The translations under genes and the position numbers were made by a program. 32,590 bases of DNA from positions 1 to 32,590 of the IMG/VR virus record IMGVR_UViG_3300046832_000414; one strand, 5' to 3'. The notes beneath the pieces are model-generated. The model searched no databases and was not told the origin of the DNA. It worked only from the letters and a program-made list of their open reading frames with translations. Numbering within the stretch: position 1 is the stretch's first letter; every line of letters begins with the position of its first letter. This document shows positions 8,220 to 18,053 of this stretch, piece after piece. Source of the stretch: a virus (Duplodnaviria > Caudoviricetes).

Positions 8220-8298
8220 GCAAAACATAATAGAAATAACCTCATACGTACTCACTGCTCTAGTAATAATGTTTTTTATATTCCTAGACTGCTTATAA
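8212..8298 (+). CDS. Possible 28-aa single-transmembrane peptide
   Basis: MIKQNIIEITSYVLTALVIMFFIFLDCL; overlaps the nuclease stop and ends just before the terminator. Confidence 0.4.
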   Translation: MIKQNIIEITSYVLTALVIMFFIFLDCL

Positions 8299-8299
8299 C

Positions 8300-8325
8300 A
8301 AAAAACCTCCCTAGTGGAGGTTTTT
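8300..8325. terminator. Bidirectional intrinsic terminator
   Basis: AAAAACCTCC-CTAGT-GGAGGTTTTT between the convergent arms. Confidence 0.88.
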
Positions 8326-8328
8326 ATA

Positions 8329-11300
8329 TTACTTATAATTACTTCTTATTCCTTTGTATCCATCAGTGCCTTCTTTGTACTGATTATCTACATCCTTGTA
8401 TTCTATACCATTTATTTTAGCGTATTTCTTTTTAGCTCTTTGTTTAGCTATATATACAGCTCTTTTTACTATGGTATTCATCTCTCCAGGAATCATATTT
8501 ACAAAGTTACCTGCGTAAGGAACACTTAGTTTTCTTATACTTTCTAAATCCTCAGGTAATAATTGATAACTACGACCTTTCTCTTCAAACTTACCATCGT
8601 ATATTAACTTTTGATAGTCGTATTGTTCAGTAGCTCTTTTAATAGATATTTCATAAATACCTATAGAGTTACCATTAGAATCGTAAGGACTAACATCAAC
8701 TCTTTCACCTTCTGGAACCTCAGCGTAATCTTGGTATATATCATAAGCCTTAGATATTCCTGATTGTATAAAAGTATCTGATATTGGTAATGGAGATATA
8801 GATGATCCGTAATTCAAAACATCTAGTTTCATTTCTTTATCATCTCTTTTCTTCTTTTCTTCCTCATCTTCTTCATATCCCATAAACATATCTACAGCAT
8901 CTTCAAGTTGTCTTTTGAAGAAATTCTTTACAGAGTTAAATACGTATACCTCAGCAACAGCAGAAGCTACAGACACACCAGCTGTAGGTAGATTACTAGC
9001 AAACTTACCCCAACTATCAGACTTAGCTAAAACTCTAATATCATTATACAGTCTTGTCTTTTGATTTATAGAGAACTTAGCAAGAGGTATTACAGTATTT
9101 CTTAAAACTTTAGATACAGAACTTTTATCTGTAAATACATTTCCGTCTAAAGCTCTAAGCGAAGTACCTTGATACTTATCAACCATATCTTGAGCATAGT
9201 TAGCAGCTTTTTTATTTAGCACATGGCTATCTATATCTACACCGTTAATCCCTTGATCTGCCAATCCTTTTTTGTAATAAGCTATCCAAGAAGCCCAGTT
9301 AGCAGCCTTATCTGAATTACCTAAAAACCACTTCATTTGCTTATCTTGAAAATCAGCTACACTCTCAGCTACCTTACCAACAGCATTTTGCTTTGGTTTT
9401 TCTAATTCAACCTTTAGTGAGTTAAAGTCCAAAACATTTGAGTCAATACCTCTTATAGCAACTGGTAATCCAGATTCTGATATAAGTTTTCTCCATCTAG
9501 GATCTAAAACTTCTTTTATACCTAGTCTACCTCCAGAGTTCAAAAATGTAGTACCCATAGTAGGTAATGACTGTCTGAAAACCTGATCCACTTTATTTAA
9601 GGCTTGTATAGTACCATATCTACTAAACTTATCTAAACCTTTAGACATACTTCTTACATACTCAGGAGAAGAATCAATCTTTCTGTTTCTTGCATTTTTA
9701 ACAAAGTCCTTCATTGATTTAACAAAAGCCTCTCTATCATTAGCATCTGGTACAATTTCCTTAAGATACTTAGACTCAACAAATGTTTTAAGCTTCTGTA
9801 TGCCATAAGCTGTATTAGAATCTGTTGCGGACTCAGTCATTTTAAAGTAATTATCGTGCATGAAGTCTAAAGATATGTATGTATTATCTTTTATACTTTC
9901 ATAATCACTTCTCTCCATAAAAGTACCCGATTTCTTATCGTAAACTTTTTCTGCATTTGAAGAAAGCTCTATATCAAAAGCATCTACATCTTCAAAATCA
10001 ACATCACCATTCATCTTCTTAAAGACAAGAGGTATATAGTTTTTCTTTTTATCTAAAGATGTATTGTACACTTCTAAAGCTACTTTTCTTTTACCTTCAA
10101 ACTGAGAATCGTATTCTGAAACAACATCGTTAACTAAATCGATAATGTTACTATCTGTTTTTGAAGTCAATTCCTCTATTGAGTTTGAATCCTTTAACAC
10201 CTCATCGTATACTTTTTTATACTCTTCAGCTAACTTCTTATTAGTTTCGTTACCGTTATTTAGATTAGATATACTCTTCTCTATAACTCCTTTAAACTTA
10301 GAGAAATCTTTTTGGTCATTTGACATATTCATTATACCGAATATGTTTGCGTAGATATTGTTTTTTGGAGAGAATATACTCTCACCATTAACTTGTACAT
10401 CTTTATACTTCTTGTTTGTTGACTCAAAGAAATTATTGGTTTTTTTAATTGCAGAAGAGTTACCGTTCTGAATATCATAAACACCTACTTCTTCTAAAAA
10501 CCTTTGTCTTACTTTATCATCAGCAAACATGTTTTGAACCATCTGTTTCTTATCTGCAAAACTAGTAAACCAAAGTCTACCGAAAGCTGGTGAGAAAGCT
10601 AATCTTATTTTTTTAGCCTTTATACCATCAGATAACATTTTTTTAACAGATGTAAGTACATCATTCTTTCTTGTTATAGAACCTATCTTATTTGAATCAC
10701 CATTAACTAATATATCATTAACAGCGTCTATAAATGACAGTTTATCTTTATTAGTCATTTGTGATGGATCAACAGCTAATATCTGATTTATGTTACTTTT
10801 TACAGAATCAGATATATCTACCTTTTCTCCAGTAAACACATCAAGACCACTCTTAACAAAAGACTCAAGAAGAGTTTTCATTTTAGATACTGATTCATCA
10901 ATCTTACCACTTAAACTATCTACTTTTTTAGTATTAACCTTAGGGTCATTGATAACAGCTTGCATCTCTTCATAAGTAAAGTCGTCAGGATCTAATCCAG
11001 TTAACTCATAAAAAGAATCTTGAGTTTTTTGAGACTTTATTTCATTAGCCTTGTCAATCTCTGTATTTACATACTCAGATAACTTAGCTTTGTCTATAGC
11101 AGAAGCTATGTTAAGTTTACCACCTCTAGTTGTAGATCCTTTTATATTATCATTTACATTGTTCGCTGTTTCTATATAAGCGTCAATATCTTCTATATCA
11201 CTAGGTTTTAGAGAAACTAATTTTTTAGCTAAGTCTTTTACCTCTGCATCTACATCTTTAGATTTCAATTTTGCTTTTATAGAAGACGCTAATGTATTAG

Positions 11301-13986
11301 CAGTATCTATCTTATCTTGGTATTCAGCATTCTCAAAAACTTTAGTTGCGTAAGTAGTAAACTTATCTACAGAAGCTTCGTTAAATACATTAGTTTTACT
11401 GAAAGCAGTTACTACATTAGCAGCTTGCTTAGCTGTTATAACACCTGAAACAGCCATTTCTTTTACGTCTTGAGCTAATTGTTGTGCTATATTTTTCTGA
11501 GCTAATACAGCATCTTTAGCTGCTTTAGCTTTATCTAATATTTGTTTCTTTAATGCCGTCTTCTCGCTTAAAGTTACTTTCTTAACATCTTTAATATTTC
11601 CAAGTATCTTATTAGCAGATGGAGCAGCTTTCTCTTTAAAACCAAATCTACTACGTACATCTCTAACTAAAGCCTCTCTCTGTACATCTGTTGCGTTTTC
11701 ATAAACTTTTGAACCAGTAACATAACTCATTACGTTATCGGCTATTTTAGCCATGTTTACACGTCTCTTTTTAGACTTCTCAACAATACCGTCTGTCTCT
11801 GACATCATTCTGTCATAACCTGGCAAATCTGCTTCTGTTAATGTTTGAGTTGAATTATCTACAGGTTGATCTTCAGTTACTACAGCTTCTGAATCAGGAT
11901 TAGTTTCTACATTTGTATTAGCATCAACATTAGTTGTTTCTAATAATGGAGAAATAAGTTTATCGTATTTGTTGTATATACCATCAAAAACAACTTGGTC
12001 TTCAGTAGATAGTTTTTCTTTATCAACTTTACCTTCAGCATTTACTTCTGCATCAGGTAATGCTTCTTTTAATTCTGTTTGTTCTTGAGAACGTAACTCC
12101 TCTACCTTAACGCTGTTATCAACAGGTTCTTGTACAGGTGTAACTTCTTCATTAACAACACTTGCAGATTCTACTTCTTTACCATACAACTCGCTAGCTC
12201 TTTTAGAAACCATATCGCTAGTTATATCAATCTGTTCCATACCAGTTGGATTTAGCTCTGCATTTAGAGAAGCTAAAGCCTCTTTATTCAATCTGTTTTG
12301 ATCGTTTATTGGTAATGATGAAACACCACTAGTCTCAATATCAAAGTCTAATGGTACACCGTTAAAATCAGTAAAGTCTCCTTCTACTTTTACACCATCT
12401 AATTTAGATAGTATTTGTTTTTTAGTCTTTTCAGCTTCAACGTAATCTTTATATATTTCTGCTACAGCTATCTTTTTAGCCTCTGGAGACAAAGTTTTAT
12501 CGTCTTTTATAGTATCTATAGAGGACTTTACATCATCTATAATGGAATTGGTTTTATTAAGTAATGCTTTATCTTCGGCAGATAATGTTTTTAACTTCTC
12601 AACTTCTTCTCCTAGCAATCTCTTATTGTTAGCTACAAGTTCATCAGATTTTATTTGAAAAATCTTTCTGCTTTCTTCACTAATACCCTCTTTGTTTATT
12701 TCATCTTGAAGTCTAGTTATGTCTCTGTTTGTTTTCTTTACTTGACTATATTTCTTTGCGGACATATAAGCCTTCGCTCCGTATACAGAAACAGTATTCG
12801 TTGAACCCATACCAAGTGACGATATACCTGCATTGATAGCTCTTTTACCATCAAAACTATCTCTAAGTCCAACAGCTAAATCATTTAATTGCTCTCCAGC
12901 ATCTACAGCTGTCTCTTCAAAAAACTCACCAAATAATCCAACAACTGGACTCTTTAATATGTTTTTTTCTGCAAAACTTCTAAATGAATTACTTATTATT
13001 TTAGAACCTACTTCGGTTCCTTTATCTTGTAGTATTTTTTTAGCTACAGCACCAGAAGCTCCAGAGAAGAAGTGACCAAGAGTAGACTCTAAAACACCAG
13101 ATCCTACTGCGTTTAATAGTCTTTGATTTTGAGACAAATCTTTCTCTTCTTGATTCTCTTTATACTTACCAGCTGCTGTTAAAACTCCTATCGAAGCTAA
13201 ACCTGCTGAACCACCACCAGTTCCTATAGCAATAGCCATCATTGGTGCTGATTGAAGTGTTGAACCAACGATTAATTTAGCTGCGTCAGAATATCTTCCG
13301 TTTTGTATAGCTGTTAATGGATCTCCTCCATAGTCTTGACTTTTTGTTTGAATCCTTTGATTCAATCCGTCTATCTTTTCTTTTAATACATTAGAAGGTA
13401 TGTTTTCAAAACCTAATTGTTTTTGCATCCTTTTAAAAGGAGTAATACCAGTTGCTTCAGTAACAGCTCTATCTATTTGACTAGTAGGTAGCATATTAGC
13501 TTGAGCACCTAAATCATAAATCATTTCAGGAGTATCTACAAGAAACTTTTCAACAGAAAGTACACCAACTTCAGCTGTGTCGCTTAAGTAATCTAAGAAG
13601 CCGTCTCTTTTATTTTCACTTGGCTGTTTTATTACATTAGCTTCTTGCTTTCCGCTAGATTTTATTTTAGATAAATCGTCATTTGATAATTTACCACTAA
13701 ATCTCTTCATATCAGCAGGTGCTGGTTTTGAAGTAGCTACTTTACCAAATCTACTCTTTGTTACTCCACCTAAAGATCCCGATACCGAAGTTTTCTTTTG
13801 AGGATCTATAGCCGATGAAGTATCTTTTTTCTTTGGTTTTGAAGCCAATTCCAAAAGATTTTTTCGATAGGTAGATTTCGATTCTTCTTTTTTTTTTACT
13901 ATAGCATCAGATGGTGGGGTAAACCCACTTTTTTTCTTATCAACTAATATCGCGTCTGAAGGCGGTGTGAAATTTTCTTCTTCCAT
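8329..13986 (-). CDS. Large internal virion/ejection protein (1885 aa)
   Basis: Last and largest gene of the virion module; Gly/Ala-rich hydrophobic segment and long helical regions; no polymerase motif seen. Confidence 0.7.
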   Translation of the reverse strand: MEEENFTPPSDAILVDKKKSGFTPPSDAIVKKKEESKSTYRKNLLELASKPKKKDTSSAIDPQKKTSVSGSLGGVTKSRFGKVATSKPAPADMKRFSGKLSNDDLSKIKSSGKQEANVIKQPSENKRDGFLDYLSDTAEVGVLSVEKFLVDTPEMIYDLGAQANMLPTSQIDRAVTEATGITPFKRMQKQLGFENIPSNVLKEKIDGLNQRIQTKSQDYGGDPLTAIQNGRYSDAAKLIVGSTLQSAPMMAIAIGTGGGSAGLASIGVLTAAGKYKENQEEKDLSQNQRLLNAVGSGVLESTLGHFFSGASGAVAKKILQDKGTEVGSKIISNSFRSFAEKNILKSPVVGLFGEFFEETAVDAGEQLNDLAVGLRDSFDGKRAINAGISSLGMGSTNTVSVYGAKAYMSAKKYSQVKKTNRDITRLQDEINKEGISEESRKIFQIKSDELVANNKRLLGEEVEKLKTLSAEDKALLNKTNSIIDDVKSSIDTIKDDKTLSPEAKKIAVAEIYKDYVEAEKTKKQILSKLDGVKVEGDFTDFNGVPLDFDIETSGVSSLPINDQNRLNKEALASLNAELNPTGMEQIDITSDMVSKRASELYGKEVESASVVNEEVTPVQEPVDNSVKVEELRSQEQTELKEALPDAEVNAEGKVDKEKLSTEDQVVFDGIYNKYDKLISPLLETTNVDANTNVETNPDSEAVVTEDQPVDNSTQTLTEADLPGYDRMMSETDGIVEKSKKRRVNMAKIADNVMSYVTGSKVYENATDVQREALVRDVRSRFGFKEKAAPSANKILGNIKDVKKVTLSEKTALKKQILDKAKAAKDAVLAQKNIAQQLAQDVKEMAVSGVITAKQAANVVTAFSKTNVFNEASVDKFTTYATKVFENAEYQDKIDTANTLASSIKAKLKSKDVDAEVKDLAKKLVSLKPSDIEDIDAYIETANNVNDNIKGSTTRGGKLNIASAIDKAKLSEYVNTEIDKANEIKSQKTQDSFYELTGLDPDDFTYEEMQAVINDPKVNTKKVDSLSGKIDESVSKMKTLLESFVKSGLDVFTGEKVDISDSVKSNINQILAVDPSQMTNKDKLSFIDAVNDILVNGDSNKIGSITRKNDVLTSVKKMLSDGIKAKKIRLAFSPAFGRLWFTSFADKKQMVQNMFADDKVRQRFLEEVGVYDIQNGNSSAIKKTNNFFESTNKKYKDVQVNGESIFSPKNNIYANIFGIMNMSNDQKDFSKFKGVIEKSISNLNNGNETNKKLAEEYKKVYDEVLKDSNSIEELTSKTDSNIIDLVNDVVSEYDSQFEGKRKVALEVYNTSLDKKKNYIPLVFKKMNGDVDFEDVDAFDIELSSNAEKVYDKKSGTFMERSDYESIKDNTYISLDFMHDNYFKMTESATDSNTAYGIQKLKTFVESKYLKEIVPDANDREAFVKSMKDFVKNARNRKIDSSPEYVRSMSKGLDKFSRYGTIQALNKVDQVFRQSLPTMGTTFLNSGGRLGIKEVLDPRWRKLISESGLPVAIRGIDSNVLDFNSLKVELEKPKQNAVGKVAESVADFQDKQMKWFLGNSDKAANWASWIAYYKKGLADQGINGVDIDSHVLNKKAANYAQDMVDKYQGTSLRALDGNVFTDKSSVSKVLRNTVIPLAKFSINQKTRLYNDIRVLAKSDSWGKFASNLPTAGVSVASAVAEVYVFNSVKNFFKRQLEDAVDMFMGYEEDEEEKKKRDDKEMKLDVLNYGSSISPLPISDTFIQSGISKAYDIYQDYAEVPEGERVDVSPYDSNGNSIGIYEISIKRATEQYDYQKLIYDGKFEEKGRSYQLLPEDLESIRKLSVPYAGNFVNMIPGEMNTIVKRAVYIAKQRAKKKYAKINGIEYKDVDNQYKEGTDGYKGIRSNYK

Positions 13987-13990
13987 CTAA

Positions 13991-15529
13991 TTATTTTTTT
14001 GTGTATGTTACTCCATTTGGACCAACCAACGATTGACCAGATTTTAACTTAGCCCATTTAGAATTAAAGTCTGATTTGGTTGTTTTATTTGATCCACCTG
14101 CACCATCTATTATATTAATCAATTGCTCTACGCTATCAACTTGTTTTCCTTTATATCTAATATACTGAAGGTATTGTTCAGCTCTAGCTACATCAGCTTC
14201 TTGATCTCCTACTTTTCCTGTTCCCGTCAAGTATATTCTACCACTAGCACCTCCTTTTGAAGATTGCTTAGTGCTTGAACTAACTCCAGAACCAGTCTTA
14301 CCAGATTCTCCTTCACCACCAGATAGAGCTAATTCTATATATCTATTTCCTTCGGCTGTTTTACCCATTATTACAGGTCTGTCCATACCTTGAGCCATAG
14401 CTTTTCCAGACAATGTAGTCAATCCTATTTGATAACCACCTGTTCTCTTACCTCCTACTTTTCCAACTTCATATCTAGGTTTATTATTTGCTTCAAAAAT
14501 AAACAATCCTTTACCAGTATCTCCACCAACATTTACATTAGTTACAGCTGGTTTTACTCTATCCTCTTTATCTTGGAATCCTAATCCAGCAAGTATTCCT
14601 TTTCTCATTTCTTTAGAAGCAAATTCAAGATCACCATCTTTCTTATATTGCTCTATTGTTTTTGGAGTAGAATACTTTTCTCTATCTAAAGAGTAAAGAT
14701 AAGATGAAAGGTTGTCATAGTTAGATAAAACTCCATTGATAGCATTGTCAACATAACCATAATCGTCATCCGTTAGAAACGTTTTAGTCTGTGTTAATGT
14801 TCCGTTGGAATCTTTAGTAACAGTTCTTAATTTAAGATTGTTTTGTATCTCACCAATAGTTTTGGTTCTATCTAATTCTTTAATTGTATTTCCAAATAAC
14901 GATCCATTTTCAAGTTCGTACTTAGTTATAGAATCTCTTTCTACACCTCTATCGTTAAATTTCTTGTATATAGGATTTCCTTCTGTGTCTGATAAGTATT
15001 TCCCACTAGGATCTGTAGCTCTGACTCTAAATAAAACATCTCCATCCTCATCCTCTTCAACTTCTAGATTTCTTTTTTGAGCTATATCTTCAAATATTTC
15101 AAATCTACTTTTATCTATACTAGAAAATTTACCATCCTTAGAATCCTTTGCGAAAACAGTAGCATCCTCTGTGAATTTTTTAGCTACGATATCTAAACCC
15201 TTTAAAGTATTTTGTATCTTTTGTTGTTCAGCTGCTAATTCAGGAGTATATCTTCCTAAAGCCTCAGCCTCTTTATTTACCAATAAGTTTCTTTCGGTTA
15301 ACTTATTAACTAAGCTAGTCATAGACTGATCGTAACCACCGTTACCAGTCTTAGTAAAACCGCCTTCTATGTTATTTATTTTAAAATCATTCTTCTCTTT
15401 CTTAGGAATCATATCTTTCATCCTGTCAAGATCAGCTTGTTGAATCTTCTGTGCGTTTAAAGCTATCTCCCCAAAATCAACTTTAGGACCTTCAACCGTA
15501 GCGTATGCACCTGCTTTACCTATTGCCAT
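13991..15529 (-). CDS. Probable internal virion/ejection protein (512 aa)
   Basis: Sits between the small and large ejection-like genes. Confidence 0.6.
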   Translation of the reverse strand: MAIGKAGAYATVEGPKVDFGEIALNAQKIQQADLDRMKDMIPKKEKNDFKINNIEGGFTKTGNGGYDQSMTSLVNKLTERNLLVNKEAEALGRYTPELAAEQQKIQNTLKGLDIVAKKFTEDATVFAKDSKDGKFSSIDKSRFEIFEDIAQKRNLEVEEDEDGDVLFRVRATDPSGKYLSDTEGNPIYKKFNDRGVERDSITKYELENGSLFGNTIKELDRTKTIGEIQNNLKLRTVTKDSNGTLTQTKTFLTDDDYGYVDNAINGVLSNYDNLSSYLYSLDREKYSTPKTIEQYKKDGDLEFASKEMRKGILAGLGFQDKEDRVKPAVTNVNVGGDTGKGLFIFEANNKPRYEVGKVGGKRTGGYQIGLTTLSGKAMAQGMDRPVIMGKTAEGNRYIELALSGGEGESGKTGSGVSSSTKQSSKGGASGRIYLTGTGKVGDQEADVARAEQYLQYIRYKGKQVDSVEQLINIIDGAGGSNKTTKSDFNSKWAKLKSGQSLVGPNGVTYTKK

Positions 15530-15533
15530 TTAG

Positions 15534-16271
15534 TTATTTTTTTGGTGTGTATATTGATGGTAATTGGAAATTAGAAAAACCAAAATTAGTAGCCATTGGA
15601 GCTGGAGTCATTTGAGGAATGGGATTATAACCAGAAAATTGATTACTAGCCATTGGTATAGCGTTTGATCCTGTCTTAACAATTCCAGCAGCATTAAGTC
15701 CACTTATAACTGGCGCATTAGCTCCCGCTCCTGCAACCGCTCCACTATCTAACATTTTATTAAAGTTGCTTTGACTTTGCATCATCTGAGCTCCACTAGC
15801 AATTCCTTGAGCCGCACCAGATATACCTTGCATCATTCCTTGTTGACCAGCATTGTACTGAGATGACAAAGCAGCGACATCGTTTTGATATCTCTGTTCT
15901 TTAACACCTTGAATTCTTTGCTCGTCTTGAGCTCTAATCTGATCTATTTGTTTTTGTTGAGCATCTAAATCAGCACCTATCTGTCTATTAGCTAAATTCT
16001 GTTGAGCACTTAGATTTCCAAGACCACCTATAACTCCTCTAATACCACCACTTCTTAAAGCGTCAACTCCAGAAGAATACTGTCTTCCAAGTTCTTCTCT
16101 TTGCAAATCAGAACCTAAAGTACTAACTTGAAGTCCTTCAGCAATATTTACTGGTTCTGGTATTTTTAAGTTTTCTAAAGCATCTTTAGCGTCTCTAGCT
16201 TGTTTAGCTGAACTTATAGCTTGATAAGCTCCTCCTGCTACAGCCACAGCGGCTGAAGTTATTGCTGCCAT
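15534..16271 (-). CDS. Probable small ejection (DNA-delivery) protein
   Basis: Ala/Gly/Gln-rich, hydrophobic N-terminus, coiled coil; follows the GNAT gene as in podovirus modules. Confidence 0.65.
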   Translation of the reverse strand: MAAITSAAVAVAGGAYQAISSAKQARDAKDALENLKIPEPVNIAEGLQVSTLGSDLQREELGRQYSSGVDALRSGGIRGVIGGLGNLSAQQNLANRQIGADLDAQQKQIDQIRAQDEQRIQGVKEQRYQNDVAALSSQYNAGQQGMMQGISGAAQGIASGAQMMQSQSNFNKMLDSGAVAGAGANAPVISGLNAAGIVKTGSNAIPMASNQFSGYNPIPQMTPAPMATNFGFSNFQLPSIYTPKK

Positions 16272-16272
16272 A

Positions 16273-16665
16273 TTATAATCGTTTTATGTATTCATTACAA
16301 TTTTTACTTCCCTCTATAAATCCACATTGCAAATACTTGTTCTGTAGATTCTCATTCTTTAAAGACGTATAAGCTATCGTATAACCGTTGTTTTTACCTA
16401 TTGAGCATAAAACGTCTATTACATTAGTTATCGCCTCTCTACGGTCTTCTTTTTGCCTTACATTTGGATTTGAAACTATAAACTCAATCCAACATGTCTT
16501 ACTATTTGTAAAATAGATAAAACCAGCACATATATCTACACCGTTTTTGTTCACAATCACACCAGAATCAGGTAGCATTTCGATAGGTGGAGCAGGAAAC
16601 TTCCAAAACTTCCACCAATCAACTAGCATTTCATAGTCTGATTGTTCAATATATCTAAATTCCAT
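16273..16665 (-). CDS. GNAT-fold acetyltransferase-like virion assembly protein
   Basis: 130 aa; ICAGFIY...WIEFIVSNP and C-terminal YLQCGF; typical position before ejection genes. Confidence 0.65.
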   Translation of the reverse strand: MEFRYIEQSDYEMLVDWWKFWKFPAPPIEMLPDSGVIVNKNGVDICAGFIYFTNSKTCWIEFIVSNPNVRQKEDRREAITNVIDVLCSIGKNNGYTIAYTSLKNENLQNKYLQCGFIEGSKNCNEYIKRL

Positions 16666-16679
16666 TATATTAATTTATG

Positions 16680-16687
16680 CAAAGATA
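16680..16687 (-). promoter_or_regulatory. -7 promoter element TATCTTTG
   Basis: TAnnTTTG 15 nt before the GNAT ATG. Confidence 0.7.
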
Positions 16688-16692
16688 CTTAA

Positions 16693-16716
16693 TTATATAT
16701 ATATTTATATATATAT
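16693..16716. repeat. Tandem 12-mer TTATATATATAT x2 (TA microsatellite)
   Basis: Read directly. Confidence 0.8.
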
Positions 16717-16769
16717 TTAGTATTATCTTTAAACTTTTCTTTAATACCTATTAAAGATTTATTTAATAC

Positions 16770-17522
16770 CTATTGGTAAGATTTGAATACTTGTGAGTTA
16801 ACAGAATATAGATCTTGTGGTGTTCCAACTCCTGTTGATTTAACTTTTACTTTAGCAAAGTAACCTTTAATACCAAAACTCTCAGCTTCTGAATTCTTAG
16901 CTATAAAATAAAACGCATTATTCTCTACTGTAACAGTTGGAGTAGTAGTTGTTAATTGCGTACTATTAAACGATACTAACCTACCTACTCTTACAATAGA
17001 TCCATCACTGGTTTTCTTAAAGTATAAAGAATCTTCCTCAGATAAGAAAGAAGGTAGTGATGAGAATGTAAACACATTACCACTTCTTGATGTAGGTGTA
17101 CCTAAACCTTGAATAGATATATGTGAGAAATCTAATAGATCTTCTTCATTTCTTCTTATGTAAGCATAGTATTCACCCTCTCTTGTTTCAAAGTGTGTAT
17201 TATCTATATACCCAGAATCCAAATTACTTAATACCTCAATATCCCAATTACTATCACTAGACTCTAAAGACATTGTCTTAAAGTGTTTAACATCACTTGG
17301 GTCTTGGTTAAAAGCAAACTCTACATAAGAGTCGTGGTTTACTAATACACCATTGCTATTGTAAAAGAAATTCTTATTACTAGTTTCTGAATGGTGTCTA
17401 AATAATTGACCACATTTGAAAGAGTAGAAGTTATTTCCTAGTCTAGACATCCACTCTGGTTTATAAGACCAGAATGAAGTCCATCCATTATTCTTTTCAT
17501 CGAAACTTATTGTTTTTGACAT
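16770..17522 (-). CDS. C-terminal part of the tail stabilisation/muzzle protein, encoded as a separate gene
   Basis: TISFDEKNNGWTSFWSYKPE...NNFYSFK.GQLFRH and FNQDPSDVKHFKT...EGEYYAYI are motifs recalled from the C-terminus of that family. Confidence 0.7.
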   Translation of the reverse strand: MSKTISFDEKNNGWTSFWSYKPEWMSRLGNNFYSFKCGQLFRHHSETSNKNFFYNSNGVLVNHDSYVEFAFNQDPSDVKHFKTMSLESSDSNWDIEVLSNLDSGYIDNTHFETREGEYYAYIRRNEEDLLDFSHISIQGLGTPTSRSGNVFTFSSLPSFLSEEDSLYFKKTSDGSIVRVGRLVSFNSTQLTTTTPTVTVENNAFYFIAKNSEAESFGIKGYFAKVKVKSTGVGTPQDLYSVNSQVFKSYQ

Positions 17523-17533
17523 ATTATATATTT

Positions 17534-18040
17534 TTAACTACAGAATCCGTTATTAAACCATTGACCAGCTCCACCATCTACACTTCCAGTTATCGCACAG
17601 AAAGTATAACTACTGAATCTAGATGTACTTATTGATTTGGGAGTTCCGTCACACGCTGTGTATGTTATTAAAGAATCTCTACTTGCTATGTGTGTATAAC
17701 TAGTACAAGCTTCTTCAGAAGAACAAGCAACCGTTTCTGTAAGAGCAGGACAAGCTACACCACCTCCAGAAGCTGGTGTTATAATAGTCCTACTTCTCGT
17801 TTTAAATCCTTCAGAACAAACAGACCATTCTCCCCATTCAGAAACAACGCAATCTATAGGCACTTCTCCACCACTACAGTTACCTATTGTTTGTAGCTTA
17901 CCAAAAAGCTGTATTCTATATAATCCATTAAATGAATAATATCCATCAGGTGCTTTAACTGTTAATGCCTGATCTGTATACACAGAAACAGCAGTATTAA
18001 AACTGCTGGAATCTATGTAGTATAATGAACTTGTTGCCAT
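17534..18040 (-). CDS. Cys-rich virion protein with one TSP1 repeat
   Basis: N-terminal YYID...YTD..LT..APDGYYS module, then a TSP1 repeat, then a C..YT...YT.C.G...FCA..G.V module. Confidence 0.8.
   Translation of the reverse strand: MATSSLYYIDSSSFNTAVSVYTDQALTVKAPDGYYSFNGLYRIQLFGKLQTIGNCSGGEVPIDCVVSEWGEWSVCSEGFKTRSRTIITPASGGGVACPALTETVACSSEEACTSYTHIASRDSLITYTACDGTPKSISTSRFSSYTFCAITGSVDGGAGQWFNNGFCS
17723..17857 (-). repeat. TSP1 (spondin-type) repeat, copy 5
   Basis: IDCVVSEWGEWSVCSEGFKTRSRTIITPASGGGVACPALTETVAC. Confidence 0.92.
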
Positions 18041-18053
18041 ATATTTTTATTTA

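Noticed and set aside
8329-13986. crAss-type virion RNA polymerase
   Set aside because: No convincing DxDxD catalytic motif in a double-psi-barrel context; host-type promoters are present.
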